Assembly: GCA_964455675.1 (NCBI GenBank)
Contig: CAYVYK010000001.1
Coordinates: 76,463 to 140,462 of the forward strand
Reading direction: 5' to 3'
Source: an uncultured Methanosarcinales archaeon
GTDB lineage: Archaea > Nanobdellota > Nanobdellia > Woesearchaeales > CAYVYK01
DNA length: 64,000 bases
Positions 27,701 through 34,299 of the stretch are shown here, one piece after another. Under the pieces are notes generated by a model. It was not told where the DNA came from, did not search any database, and saw nothing but the letters and a program-made list of their open reading frames with translations. The translations under genes were made by a program, and so were the position numbers. How positions within the stretch are numbered: the stretch's first letter is position 1; each line of letters opens with the position of its first letter.

Positions 27701-27832
27701 GCAGCATCCAAGCGTGTCACTTGCAGCTTCTGCTGGGGTAATCGATGATCCAGGCGATAAGAAACAGAGCACCAGCAGGAATATAACCGTGATTATCTCT
27801 AAACGTGGAGTTTTTCCAAGTTTATACTTCAT
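18707..27832 (-). CDS. Giant secreted adhesin-like protein, 3041 aa
   Basis: Signal peptide; two carboxypeptidase-regulatory-like beta domains (GTITGTVRDQDTDDPLPGAIVTI; GTIWGVVTNQVSGTAITGATINL); Cys-rich segments; Ig-like DxxPP repeats; about 12 CG[ND]GxxxxGExCD myxococcal-type Cys repeats near the C-terminus. Confidence 0.85.
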   Translation of the reverse strand: MKYKLGKTPRLEIITVIFLLVLCFLSPGSSITPAEAASDTLGCCLRAINAQGTVYAYCQEQTEGEASTECLSGYFEYDQYTDTFCDDVVPNCEPAGCCRVESGGVFFCDYNQYGGTQHGPAAGQGVYKEYCDDEGGAFSPGVVGTSCQALCGGAPGYGTITGTVRDQDTDDPLPGAIVTIPSQGLSTTAGSGGTYTISNVAAGVVSVEASLTGYQVRVQSATITDQGTTTLNFDLVPIPGAQYWTATVYVTDTEANDLADEDLPVTISWSTNTISGETKTYGQPPTHDHPVVFDGLPKGDTINFDVTAPGYQSYFEEYFAPSDQDDRTFYFELLEGTSTLCGNDFVDTGEECDGTSSALCPGDCQVDCTCPNNCWEAQGESDPVIGQQFCGFFVSQCTVPGGSVDKGPGGIYNTSCPQLNQAVPYPRSSGVCCSVPVDSIPACLNEQRVGDISPDIYGYCRCGTTYLSTTAQASLYCCGGYVQSGGCVFGTIWGVVTNQVSGTAITGATINLQPTAGGSGITTTTAFGVYHGVASDGLYLRNDVPVGTYTMTVSKSGFITETINDIVITANQEVRQDAELIPEGAEVCANPEYMPEPDGANVQHTATQGEPDGILHWHMQCPEKVERYIIYEQLGTGIWQPREEVMGADAQASYTIPLDYPLGDYPPIGDDPNGVCDQLLTYKIVAVPKPTLGLAASEGFAPPYYPGDCICMGIEDTMNRFCLYDGGGQHATPDQPAPDALPTVRAYCSADNQALKYDDCRITGGTGVCVDPPGEPPSGAPYCADPEQCENLGIPGTVPGDWNAFNIFGLYYDKVYTAQGFDYTCLKKSPAGQGQWTNRYCYMDYSPTTVDACYSCTGVTSCYDYDSPSACDAALYPTTGDHCGAGGRTVPGEQHPCMWYETEFAEFGKGICYAEGYSDDDKCSMCGPSAGLFKNIGCNQTVCDLLGDCYANAAQTQCIACTPTVSCYDYTTEAACEGGREFDITPPWGETGWLWLQSGTPDNIIPSNDACHRETCRWTGSSCIKDGNDDNRDDCMSSPVPACRQDNTPPSIIIDYTTIPAAKYLNKDGPLVPFKSSTGELAPNFAVQWCIIEDDPQGEHDIEDADCKPTYISSAAQNHQVDIISTYGFLATPTEKWYVIRYFGLDIHNNSGILQEDSIFIDTIPPQVTISGPTPVYPSDPGIQVSSIQASFFENSGKDMFCQDRLRGPGGYDSAQLSYLELLETSSADPKLITYTNLQDGNYYFELTCKDEHGNEVIVIQQPVLVKLNTEIYDEQPTGTITDSSPELSIKTEFQYNRCEFSVDNAPFAGYYGCGAAPCPETGSGYWLWRHELTGTAAGTENGYHTVNIQCRETAGGGWDKTTSYTFANDRSAPTTTIYNVWGATSTPVPSGAELYETLFFYKFTCLDPSLPDIMHSPSTVDEQWGCGVTKYCAVQGTVPCSPTTTYTSETVISLANPGTTGDYKICYATPDDAEGQYTPNIEATKCITVHLDSRPADINISILPFYGSPIVYNPGKTKIAKNNRYRIIINTSKPVFLVDPETDFSFELDAFDPGEFENGEHYYLTYLGPVTGTCEPTGACTQFYYDLDLIEHAIYDTVPPPNNIQGQFHISLQDPYYIISDDDQVDEGRLFEIDIFGPNPPTIHYPQGLAADMSDIVLSIINYKIYGISQAASSRVYIESITGGFTQYVLTAPVSIQHATGTVSQVVDTHTVRISSSTINEFQIGRYIEFPAQLRGTKERYRITSATPSGGSVTVTVTPDFETTPSGSATLYYESVPTGWFMIDPYNFPSPGIEIGENTYVIWGVDDVLNPSDEISFELLYAPFIPDVLMYYPMPGDILTEVPVHVGAYVTMATSMPEFDLDTDSVNLAITGPGYSKTFTCDDPDFTCTKKTSIPFLTWNLTGPIDTLQNNIYNVQLSFASEGGHQVTKTWIFEYNTDAPTLVSANIVTTPPSRFRASTNRWYVPTTTGLFRVAFNPAQTVEIVLARVTDGGSWTRDLTCENRGGGIYHCQFPADMSIEQQYTFILRAHRMIGAGWGPTVEWTRNFRLDLSAPVVTLTLSDRLRRDHLDIPLEATVSDASIWEAQDLGFVTFYGDVMTAQNGVLYTQGTELKAQPLGDININYITDRDGNYTVAVRVRDYVGHQTIKADSVIIDKTIIPECMDGWDNDHDGKVDYCTSGSLNIIGGPCDVGCRDEYSDSERYCTDTYGAGGCPAPSAVCGNGVIDLGETCDPGASGIPADLGLVRVCTDLGFDGPTGQSISCIAAGQPNQCHFNTNACTQDSTCGNGILEPGEQCEPPGRTGACQDMGFPAGTWVCDQQCKIDIGGCDAGELACDGILQPGEECDDLPGGGENFGGLTCDDFGYSGGYLTCYTGAPACSTIGAIDISSCTYSPDPTDCGDSQIDIGESCDGTQFGSVDQCADFGWAGGALTCNGCDVTSGACECSTSLHDGMIQPGETCDDDQGVPYFAGMNCESYDLGIGIYPLDCLNGVTDTADCLRIVTHGNDLIEPSEHCDGTVMPPGFSICSDYVYQGGSGALSCNAQAKLDISTCTTDFTHLGNGAIDPGEVCDIDGATGAPIFQPGVNCQDFGFSGGSLLCQFGIIRTENCLLTSTCGNGVIEPGEQCDKGPPPVFANDANTCEDFNLGGGAVLACTAACTIDTNACDCATSVCGNGVIEPGETCEWDNSVAVFGGKTCSDYGFSSGSMHCIEEGLPGQCTVDTSYCVLEGVCGDGTLQQPGEICDGTQFAPGITSCSDINGFSQGVLGCAGCHLETSQCIIQGGQYSCGNGNADPGEQCDTFDLRGVTCASLGISGPGALSCSPGCTFNTFTCGGQYDGTLPGQECSAGSAPVVPCTLFDFKPGGTISCSAIGFLNTGACIMRPPQCSDGIDNDVDGLTDMGDSDCKSAVDPFEVSAYPPSVSSDTHPDPSEIYSASTVHYIWQMHDRYGMNGYSYLGDVPSGASSAIPDQDETNSSSSGLWGTSADASIEYAPNSVSYARTIQFRVRPKDIAGNWWDNYSTYYVQIDNRGPGLGTIEVGDS

Positions 27833-27877
27833 GCAATGCCTCGCGTAAACCCCGATATCCTCTATCCCAGAGGGTTT

Positions 27878-27894
27878 TATTTAAAAATGTTTTG
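27878..27894 (-). promoter_or_regulatory. BRE/TATA promoter of the 3041-aa gene
   Basis: The minus strand reads CAAAACATTTTTAAATA about 45 nt upstream of the ATG at 27832. Confidence 0.5.
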
Positions 27895-27932
27895 GTCCCT
27901 GTTTGTGCCGTTTAAGGCAGGGGTTTCGATGG

Positions 27933-30644
27933 CTATGGGCAATAATCGTTCTGAGAATCAGAAGCATAATGATAGCAGCTTCCTGGGCATGGCGTGCAGT
28001 CTGTCGCGTACGTGCATACGCTTTGCTGGGTCGTGGTAAAGGATCCTCCGGATGCTCCTGAGCACGCAGCTTTGCAGACATAGAGCGTGCCTCCTGGTGG
28101 TGGTGGAATAGCTCCTGTAGGACTGCCCGGGGCGTAGAAGTTGTACGACCCTGCTTGTTCGGTAAAGCTTGTGCATTTGAGTACCTCGTTGCAGTACACT
28201 CCTGGTCCCCCGCTATCTGACGGAGTATCGGGATTCCATGCCTCCCCAGCTCGTTCGTTGTAGAGTCCCTCTGCTGGATCCTGTCCAAAATAGCAGTGCC
28301 AGCATCGCTGGTCGTTTGGATCTGTTGGTCCTGGTACTTCTTCTACAAGATTATTTGCGCCAAAACCTCCATTGCAGATGTTGCCTCGGCCTCCTGAGCA
28401 CTTGCGTTCGAACTCGCGATAGACAAGGTCTGCTTTGTCTACATAGGCTGGTGGTAATGGGAATAGTGACGCTGGAAATCGTGCAGTATCCCGGAAATCA
28501 CTTGGGCATCCGACGATCTTGTTTGTTGCGTCAAGCCTGTAGCATATGGTTCCTGATCCCGCGTGCGTGTAACCGCTCGTGCAGCACGTATGGTCTGATT
28601 GGTAGGGATCATTGTCTTTCGGTGGAGGATAGAAGTCATCATCGTGCGTGAAGTCATGGTAGGGGTACTGTGCCGCATTGCGGAGGGGATCATTGTGAGG
28701 CAGGCATTCTTTGACGTCGATTTCAAAATCTTGCGCGGCGTAGTTCAGGGCGTTCGCATCATCTTCTACTTCGACATGGATGACATGGAGTCCAGTATTC
28801 GTTGGATACGCGCTAGTAATACCATTCAAAATGTCTGGTTTAGGGTCCCATGGCTGAGTACTGAGTATTCCATCCGGCCCTTCATAGAAGAACGCCGGAT
28901 CTTGGAGATCCCTGATGATATAGTTGAGTGTGCCCATGACGACAACATCAATTGTTGCTGTCGCATTGATGAGGAAAGGGTCCTCGACGGATGCAAAGTA
29001 ATCATTCACATACCCAGGTTCTCCTGGGCTGATCGGGGGATTTGCCTCTTCGCTTCCATGATCGATGGATCCGTACGTGTTGTTTGTCCAGAGCCGAATG
29101 AAGGGTTTATCATCCACAAGAATCCTGATAAGTTGATAGTCGAGAGCGCCTCCAGGGTCGATGGTAGTGAGTGTGATATTGTGGATACCAACATCGTTGC
29201 ACGCAAGTGTTGGTGAGAGAGCGCACCGGTAGCGTGCGAAATCTCCATCAAAGTCACATCCATCCTGGTAGGGTTCTGAATCCTCCCATATATTTGTCCC
29301 TCGGGGAGTACCGTACGTCCATTCGATGTCTGCGAGAGGATCGTCTCCACACGTTGGTCCAGAGAATGCATCATCCCACGTTGCCTTCCATCCTTCATAA
29401 GTATATGTAATGTTATCATAATCAAAATCATGCGCGGTTGGTGTGAAGTTAAGCTTGCTTCCTTCAAGGATATAGACATCGATCTTTTGGTCGTTATACT
29501 CAAGTGGCCGGAATGTGTAGTAATCGAGGGCAGGGTTTCTGTTTTCAATGATGAACTGGAAATAGTAAGGCTGTCCACCGACGGCATTGCGCTGCGAGAT
29601 GTCTGTGATTCTTACGATATGCTTGTCCTTGATTGATGATGGAGCCTGTTCTACCCGGAACGTGCCGCCGTAATATTCCTCCGAGATGCGTTCTCCTTCG
29701 CTGACGAGATTAAATGTGATATTTGTGATGTCTGCATCGATGAGGTCTCGCGCGAGTGCATACATAGGTAGGAGACGTGCGGGAACCGTAGACGTGTAGT
29801 TGTAGAACTTCACGGTTGTCGCAAGCGATCCGTTTTGCGAAAGCGTCACGGGGTATGTCATTTCGATTTGTGTGTCGTCCCAGGAGAACATTACATTTGC
29901 CGTCGATGCATTATGGAGTGCATTGACACCAAACGCAGTGTAGAAGCTGAAGTTCATGCAAGTTTGGACGTACTCAATGGTATAATTCTGGAGTTGCTCT
30001 TGAATGCTATAGGATAGGTTTCCGTACGTTGGGCAATTGATGCCGGTGTATGCTGATGATACTGCTGCGCTGCACATGCTCGGATAGAATATTTTTGCAT
30101 CGCTGTGCGCACGCAGTCCCGAGTGGACATACCTGAGTGCCTGGCTCCCCCATCGACGGTAAAATTTTGACCAATCATGAGTATAGTTATAGTAACAGTC
30201 TGCTCCGTAGAATGAGCTCGGCTGGTCTCCGGCAAGGCATGGATAGAATGGCGGCTGCTCGATTTCTCCATAGTTGGGAATGACATCCTCTGAGAGAGGA
30301 TTATAGATTTGGTACGCGGTATAGCTCGCATTTCCGCGAAGCATCGTTTTCACTCGGGGAATTGGAAAATCAATCATGTATGGCTCTCCGGTATCATTGA
30401 ATAGTATGCCCCCTCCATGTCCTACGAGGATTATTCCCTGCATAAAGCCCTCATCAAGGCAGGTTTGGAATTGTTTCCTATACTGGACGACGAGCTGCTG
30501 CTGATCTGAGAATACGGGGCGCTGTCTCTCGAATGCTTCTTTTGAGGCAGAACTCGCAAGATGCATAATGAACACAAAGCTTCCAGCTAGGACTGCCATG
30601 AGAAGGAAAAATATTGCGATCTGTGATGTTCTCACGAGTTGCAC
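27933..30644 (-). CDS. Large prepilin-like protein with Ig/PKD-like and Cys-rich C-terminal domains, about 903 aa
   Basis: Likely GTG start at 30644 or 30635, just after the upstream stop: (VQL)VRTS|QIAIFFLLMAVLAGSFVFIMHL; Ig-like NRNPAL...FTPTAHDFDYDNITYTY...HNITLTTID; Cys-rich tail. Confidence 0.75.
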   Translation of the reverse strand: MQLVRTSQIAIFFLLMAVLAGSFVFIMHLASSASKEAFERQRPVFSDQQQLVVQYRKQFQTCLDEGFMQGIILVGHGGGILFNDTGEPYMIDFPIPRVKTMLRGNASYTAYQIYNPLSEDVIPNYGEIEQPPFYPCLAGDQPSSFYGADCYYNYTHDWSKFYRRWGSQALRYVHSGLRAHSDAKIFYPSMCSAAVSSAYTGINCPTYGNLSYSIQEQLQNYTIEYVQTCMNFSFYTAFGVNALHNASTANVMFSWDDTQIEMTYPVTLSQNGSLATTVKFYNYTSTVPARLLPMYALARDLIDADITNITFNLVSEGERISEEYYGGTFRVEQAPSSIKDKHIVRITDISQRNAVGGQPYYFQFIIENRNPALDYYTFRPLEYNDQKIDVYILEGSKLNFTPTAHDFDYDNITYTYEGWKATWDDAFSGPTCGDDPLADIEWTYGTPRGTNIWEDSEPYQDGCDFDGDFARYRCALSPTLACNDVGIHNITLTTIDPGGALDYQLIRILVDDKPFIRLWTNNTYGSIDHGSEEANPPISPGEPGYVNDYFASVEDPFLINATATIDVVVMGTLNYIIRDLQDPAFFYEGPDGILSTQPWDPKPDILNGITSAYPTNTGLHVIHVEVEDDANALNYAAQDFEIDVKECLPHNDPLRNAAQYPYHDFTHDDDFYPPPKDNDPYQSDHTCCTSGYTHAGSGTICYRLDATNKIVGCPSDFRDTARFPASLFPLPPAYVDKADLVYREFERKCSGGRGNICNGGFGANNLVEEVPGPTDPNDQRCWHCYFGQDPAEGLYNERAGEAWNPDTPSDSGGPGVYCNEVLKCTSFTEQAGSYNFYAPGSPTGAIPPPPGGTLYVCKAACSGASGGSFTTTQQSVCTYATDCTPCPGSCYHYASDSQNDYCP

Positions 30645-30645
30645 C

Positions 30646-33600
30646 TTAGCGTAGTCCTGCCGTGAATTGTCTCCAGTATGGGAGGAAACCTCCGCCCTCC
30701 GACTCCGCATCCTGGATGGAGATGATATGGGTGCTCGGTGCGCCTCCGGTGCTGGATTGTTCGCAGACCGATGTGGTGTCCGTTCCTCGTATGATTTCCA
30801 GTGACGGACAGGGGTCTGCGTAAAAGTTAACATAATTAACGAAGAGGTAGCTCACGGGTAGTCCTCCCTCATTCATTGGCGCGCTCCAGAGATTATCTTC
30901 ATGTATTCCATATACGCGCCGGGTATCATGCGATGCGATGTAGAGCCTGCTGAAATCCTGTGTGTTCTCCACAAACGCGCTGTCGAGTCCTTCGAACTGC
31001 ATGAAATTGAGGTCAATGAATGTCATGACGATGGTGAGGAAGTCCTGGAGCGTCTGCTGGAGTGTAGAGATAGTATCTCCGGAATATCCGACATGGACCC
31101 TTTCGCGTGATGCGATGATCATCTGCTTCTCGGGATGTACCCACACGGTTCCATCGGAGCCGCATGGCAAGAATGCGTCGACATCATCGCTTATCGCAGC
31201 CTCGCACTGGTATCTGTTCTTTCCGACGAGCTTGAGCGGATTAAGTCCAACGGAGTTGAATGCTGCATTTGTCGATATTCCGACAACAACTTTTGTTCCA
31301 GTGGTGAGAACACACACTTTGTTTGCGCACGGTGCCTGGTTGCCAAGATTATCGCTGCAGATGGGATCATCATCAGTATCATCTATCCCGCCGAGCGGAG
31401 CGTATGTGATTGATTCTTCTCCTGCAAAGTAATCCGCGACCGTTCCTCCTTGCACAACGTACTCAACGAAGTTGAACGCGTTTTCATACGTGTCGCAGTA
31501 GAGTACATAGTCGTTGAGTCGTGACATGCTGCTGAGGAGTGCTCCGGCAACCTGCTTGGTTCGCGTGGTCCATTTTCCTTCATCGCAGTAATGATCCATG
31601 GTGTAGAATCCTGATTCCACGCAATTCGGGTCCTCGGTGGTTCCTTCTCCCTCAGGGTTAAGGAGGCAGTCTGTTTCTCTCTTGCAGAATCCGCTGAATT
31701 GTCCATTGTGTGTGTATTTTCTCTTTGAAAGCACCCATTCTCCATCGTAGCATCGGTAGTTCTCTTCTGGTGTTCCGCCATATCCTACGGCAGTGGGTGT
31801 TGAGGAAAAGTCTTCAAGGCAAGCAGTGCCATTCCAGCATTGAAGTTCTTGGCAGCATTCTGCGCGTTTGGTTTCCTCTTCCCCAGGTTCCCACGCAATA
31901 TAGCTGAGGTGGGTTCTTCCTTCTTCTGACTCATCAAACACCCATGTTTCGTTATAGCTGCAGAAAAGTTTGTGGTCATCGTCGGGGCCAAGACGGTCGC
32001 AGTAGGGATGGTCATGAATGACAAACGGATACATTGGAGCTCCGTTTGGCGCGTCAGGGTGCAGCATGAGCCAATCGTTTGACGCGCGAAGCCCTTCATC
32101 GTATGGCTTGTTGTGTTGCTCCTCCGGCTGGTATCGGGGATTGTCGCCCATATTGACGCCGTCGTTGTATGCGTCCTGATCATCCACTGCACACCCATGA
32201 ATACTACCATTGTATATAACTGATCCGGGGTGTGTCCGTGCCCGCCCAGTATAGTATTCGACAAGGTACTGGTTGTTTGGCTGGAAGACTCCTCGGAAAC
32301 ACGCGCCAATTGACTCTTCCTGGCCGATGTTTGCAGGGATTTGCCCCATATTGACGGCACCTGTTGTAGTAACGAGAGGTCCCTGTCCTGAGAATACATC
32401 ATACGGGGATTGCGCACCTCCAGTCGTGGTTGTTACGCCTCCTGTGGTTGTCACAGTAGTAACCATGTCTGGTGGATCGTTGTAACTTTCAAGATAATCG
32501 TCTGGTTCGCCGCAGCAGTAACTGCCTGTCCAAGTGAATCCGGCTGTAGTACCATCAGCGTTCTTTGCTGCTTCGCAGGTCTCTTCTCCAAAGGATTCGT
32601 CATCGAGGTCGCGCGTGAAATTATTGTTGGATGTGCAGTAGAATGTGTAATCATTTCCATCGATTGTTTGGACAACTGCATCGCCCGTTCGGTAGTGCTC
32701 TCCTCCTTTGCTGACAGAAGGGCATGTTCCAACACTGCAGCACGCTCCAATGATAAAGTTCCCGCCTGCTTCGTGGCAGAGGTATTGCATCTTGTTGAAT
32801 TCAAAGGGATTGTCTTTGTCTTTTCCCATGATCTTGCCTGTAAATGTTTTGACGGGTTTGCCGCTTGGTAAAGTTTTCTTCTCGGTTGAGCTTACTCTGA
32901 TGCGTGATTCAGAATTGCATCCAAGGACATATTCTCCTGCAAGCAGCACAGGATATCCAAGACAGCTCACGTTGAGGATGGCGCCATTATCCGCATATTC
33001 TGGTTCGTCTCCGAACTCCTCGATGTTTTCCCAGTTCTCGATGCCTCCTTCCCAGGAGAATTGTACTTTTCGTGCTCTTCCTCCTCCTTGTGCGACAACT
33101 TCTCTGCTTGCGCAGATTTTCCCTTCGCTCTCGATCACAAGTCCGCAGTCAGAGGTGTCATCACCGCAGCATTGGTTGGGCTGGTCATCCTCAGTAAGGA
33201 CGTCTTCATCACTCCAATCTCGTCGTGATTCTGTTCGAGGTTTAATGCGGTCGTTGTCATCGTCCCACTCGGGCGAGAACTTTCCGTTTGGACATCCAAG
33301 GCATGCGTTTTTTCCCATGTCAGGATCATCGTCCTCATCATCCCCGCAACAATCTCCGCCCATGGCATTGTCGCCGTCCTCATCCCATGTTGATGGAATC
33401 CCTTCATCCTCATCCGGGCTTCCGCATCCTTGCATCGTGCAATAGTATTCGCTGGTATCATATTCCACATCGAAGCTGAATGTTGTCTGGTCATCCTCAC
33501 GTGGTATGTCGCTGATCTGTAACGCCGTATCCACCCATGATGAGACACTGTGTTCTCCTTCGCACTTACAGAAATCTTGCTCGAGAAGATTGTATGTTGC

Positions 33601-34299
33601 TGAGTTGATGCCTTGGCTTGCTTCGATATCTGCTTCTTTTTCAATGACTTCGCGAACGGGAATATCGGTTGTTCCTCGTGTACTCTCGTCGTCAGATGCG
33701 CATCCGTAGCTGATATGGATCGTGTTCGGTCGTACATAATCGTTGTCAAGCCCCTCATTGCACATGGGTTCGAGTCCTTCTCCCATGAGTCCAATCATTT
33801 GTCCCTGCTGCATGGCCCCCTGCTGAAGGATGGGAAGAACCATTTGTGCGATTTGCGCGTATTTACCCCCTCCTCCGCCTCCCATTCCCCCGAGCATGCC
33901 AGTGAGCTGACTTGCTCCTTGCTGCATGCATGATGAGAGCATAGAGGCCATTGTCCCGATGAATTGGCAGGTTCTTCGCGTTGATGTCGCGTGTTCATCG
34001 TCGTATGGTACAAAGAGTGCTTGTATTCCTGCAGGTTCAGCATCGTCAGGCATGTCTTCCTGGTCTGCAGTGTCAGGGTCAGAGAGATCGACAAGTGTTG
34101 CGCCTGACGCGTCAGTGATGAGCAGTGTGAATCCGAGATTTGCCTGCGTCTCGAGCGCGGTTGACGTACCGTCCGAGGATGCGAGTGTGATGGGGAGTGG
34201 TGTGCTCGTAACCGCAAATGCACTGAAACTGGAGAGTAAGATAATGAGTGCCCAAAGAGAGATGCACACGTCCAGTTTTTTTATTGCGATTGATCTCAT
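30646..34299 (-). CDS. Large secreted Cys-patterned protein, paralog 1 of 3, 1217 aa
   Basis: Sec signal ending SAFA; motifs GGDCCG..DDPDMGxxAC, CCGDD, YCCGE, FCSYNETW, AECC, WTTRTK shared with 35751..39704 and 39751..43968. Confidence 0.85.
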   Translation of the reverse strand: MRSIAIKKLDVCISLWALIILLSSFSAFAVTSTPLPITLASSDGTSTALETQANLGFTLLITDASGATLVDLSDPDTADQEDMPDDAEPAGIQALFVPYDDEHATSTRRTCQFIGTMASMLSSCMQQGASQLTGMLGGMGGGGGGKYAQIAQMVLPILQQGAMQQGQMIGLMGEGLEPMCNEGLDNDYVRPNTIHISYGCASDDESTRGTTDIPVREVIEKEADIEASQGINSATYNLLEQDFCKCEGEHSVSSWVDTALQISDIPREDDQTTFSFDVEYDTSEYYCTMQGCGSPDEDEGIPSTWDEDGDNAMGGDCCGDDEDDDPDMGKNACLGCPNGKFSPEWDDDNDRIKPRTESRRDWSDEDVLTEDDQPNQCCGDDTSDCGLVIESEGKICASREVVAQGGGRARKVQFSWEGGIENWENIEEFGDEPEYADNGAILNVSCLGYPVLLAGEYVLGCNSESRIRVSSTEKKTLPSGKPVKTFTGKIMGKDKDNPFEFNKMQYLCHEAGGNFIIGACCSVGTCPSVSKGGEHYRTGDAVVQTIDGNDYTFYCTSNNNFTRDLDDESFGEETCEAAKNADGTTAGFTWTGSYCCGEPDDYLESYNDPPDMVTTVTTTGGVTTTTGGAQSPYDVFSGQGPLVTTTGAVNMGQIPANIGQEESIGACFRGVFQPNNQYLVEYYTGRARTHPGSVIYNGSIHGCAVDDQDAYNDGVNMGDNPRYQPEEQHNKPYDEGLRASNDWLMLHPDAPNGAPMYPFVIHDHPYCDRLGPDDDHKLFCSYNETWVFDESEEGRTHLSYIAWEPGEEETKRAECCQELQCWNGTACLEDFSSTPTAVGYGGTPEENYRCYDGEWVLSKRKYTHNGQFSGFCKRETDCLLNPEGEGTTEDPNCVESGFYTMDHYCDEGKWTTRTKQVAGALLSSMSRLNDYVLYCDTYENAFNFVEYVVQGGTVADYFAGEESITYAPLGGIDDTDDDPICSDNLGNQAPCANKVCVLTTGTKVVVGISTNAAFNSVGLNPLKLVGKNRYQCEAAISDDVDAFLPCGSDGTVWVHPEKQMIIASRERVHVGYSGDTISTLQQTLQDFLTIVMTFIDLNFMQFEGLDSAFVENTQDFSRLYIASHDTRRVYGIHEDNLWSAPMNEGGLPVSYLFVNYVNFYADPCPSLEIIRGTDTTSVCEQSSTGGAPSTHIISIQDAESEGGGFLPYWRQFTAGLR

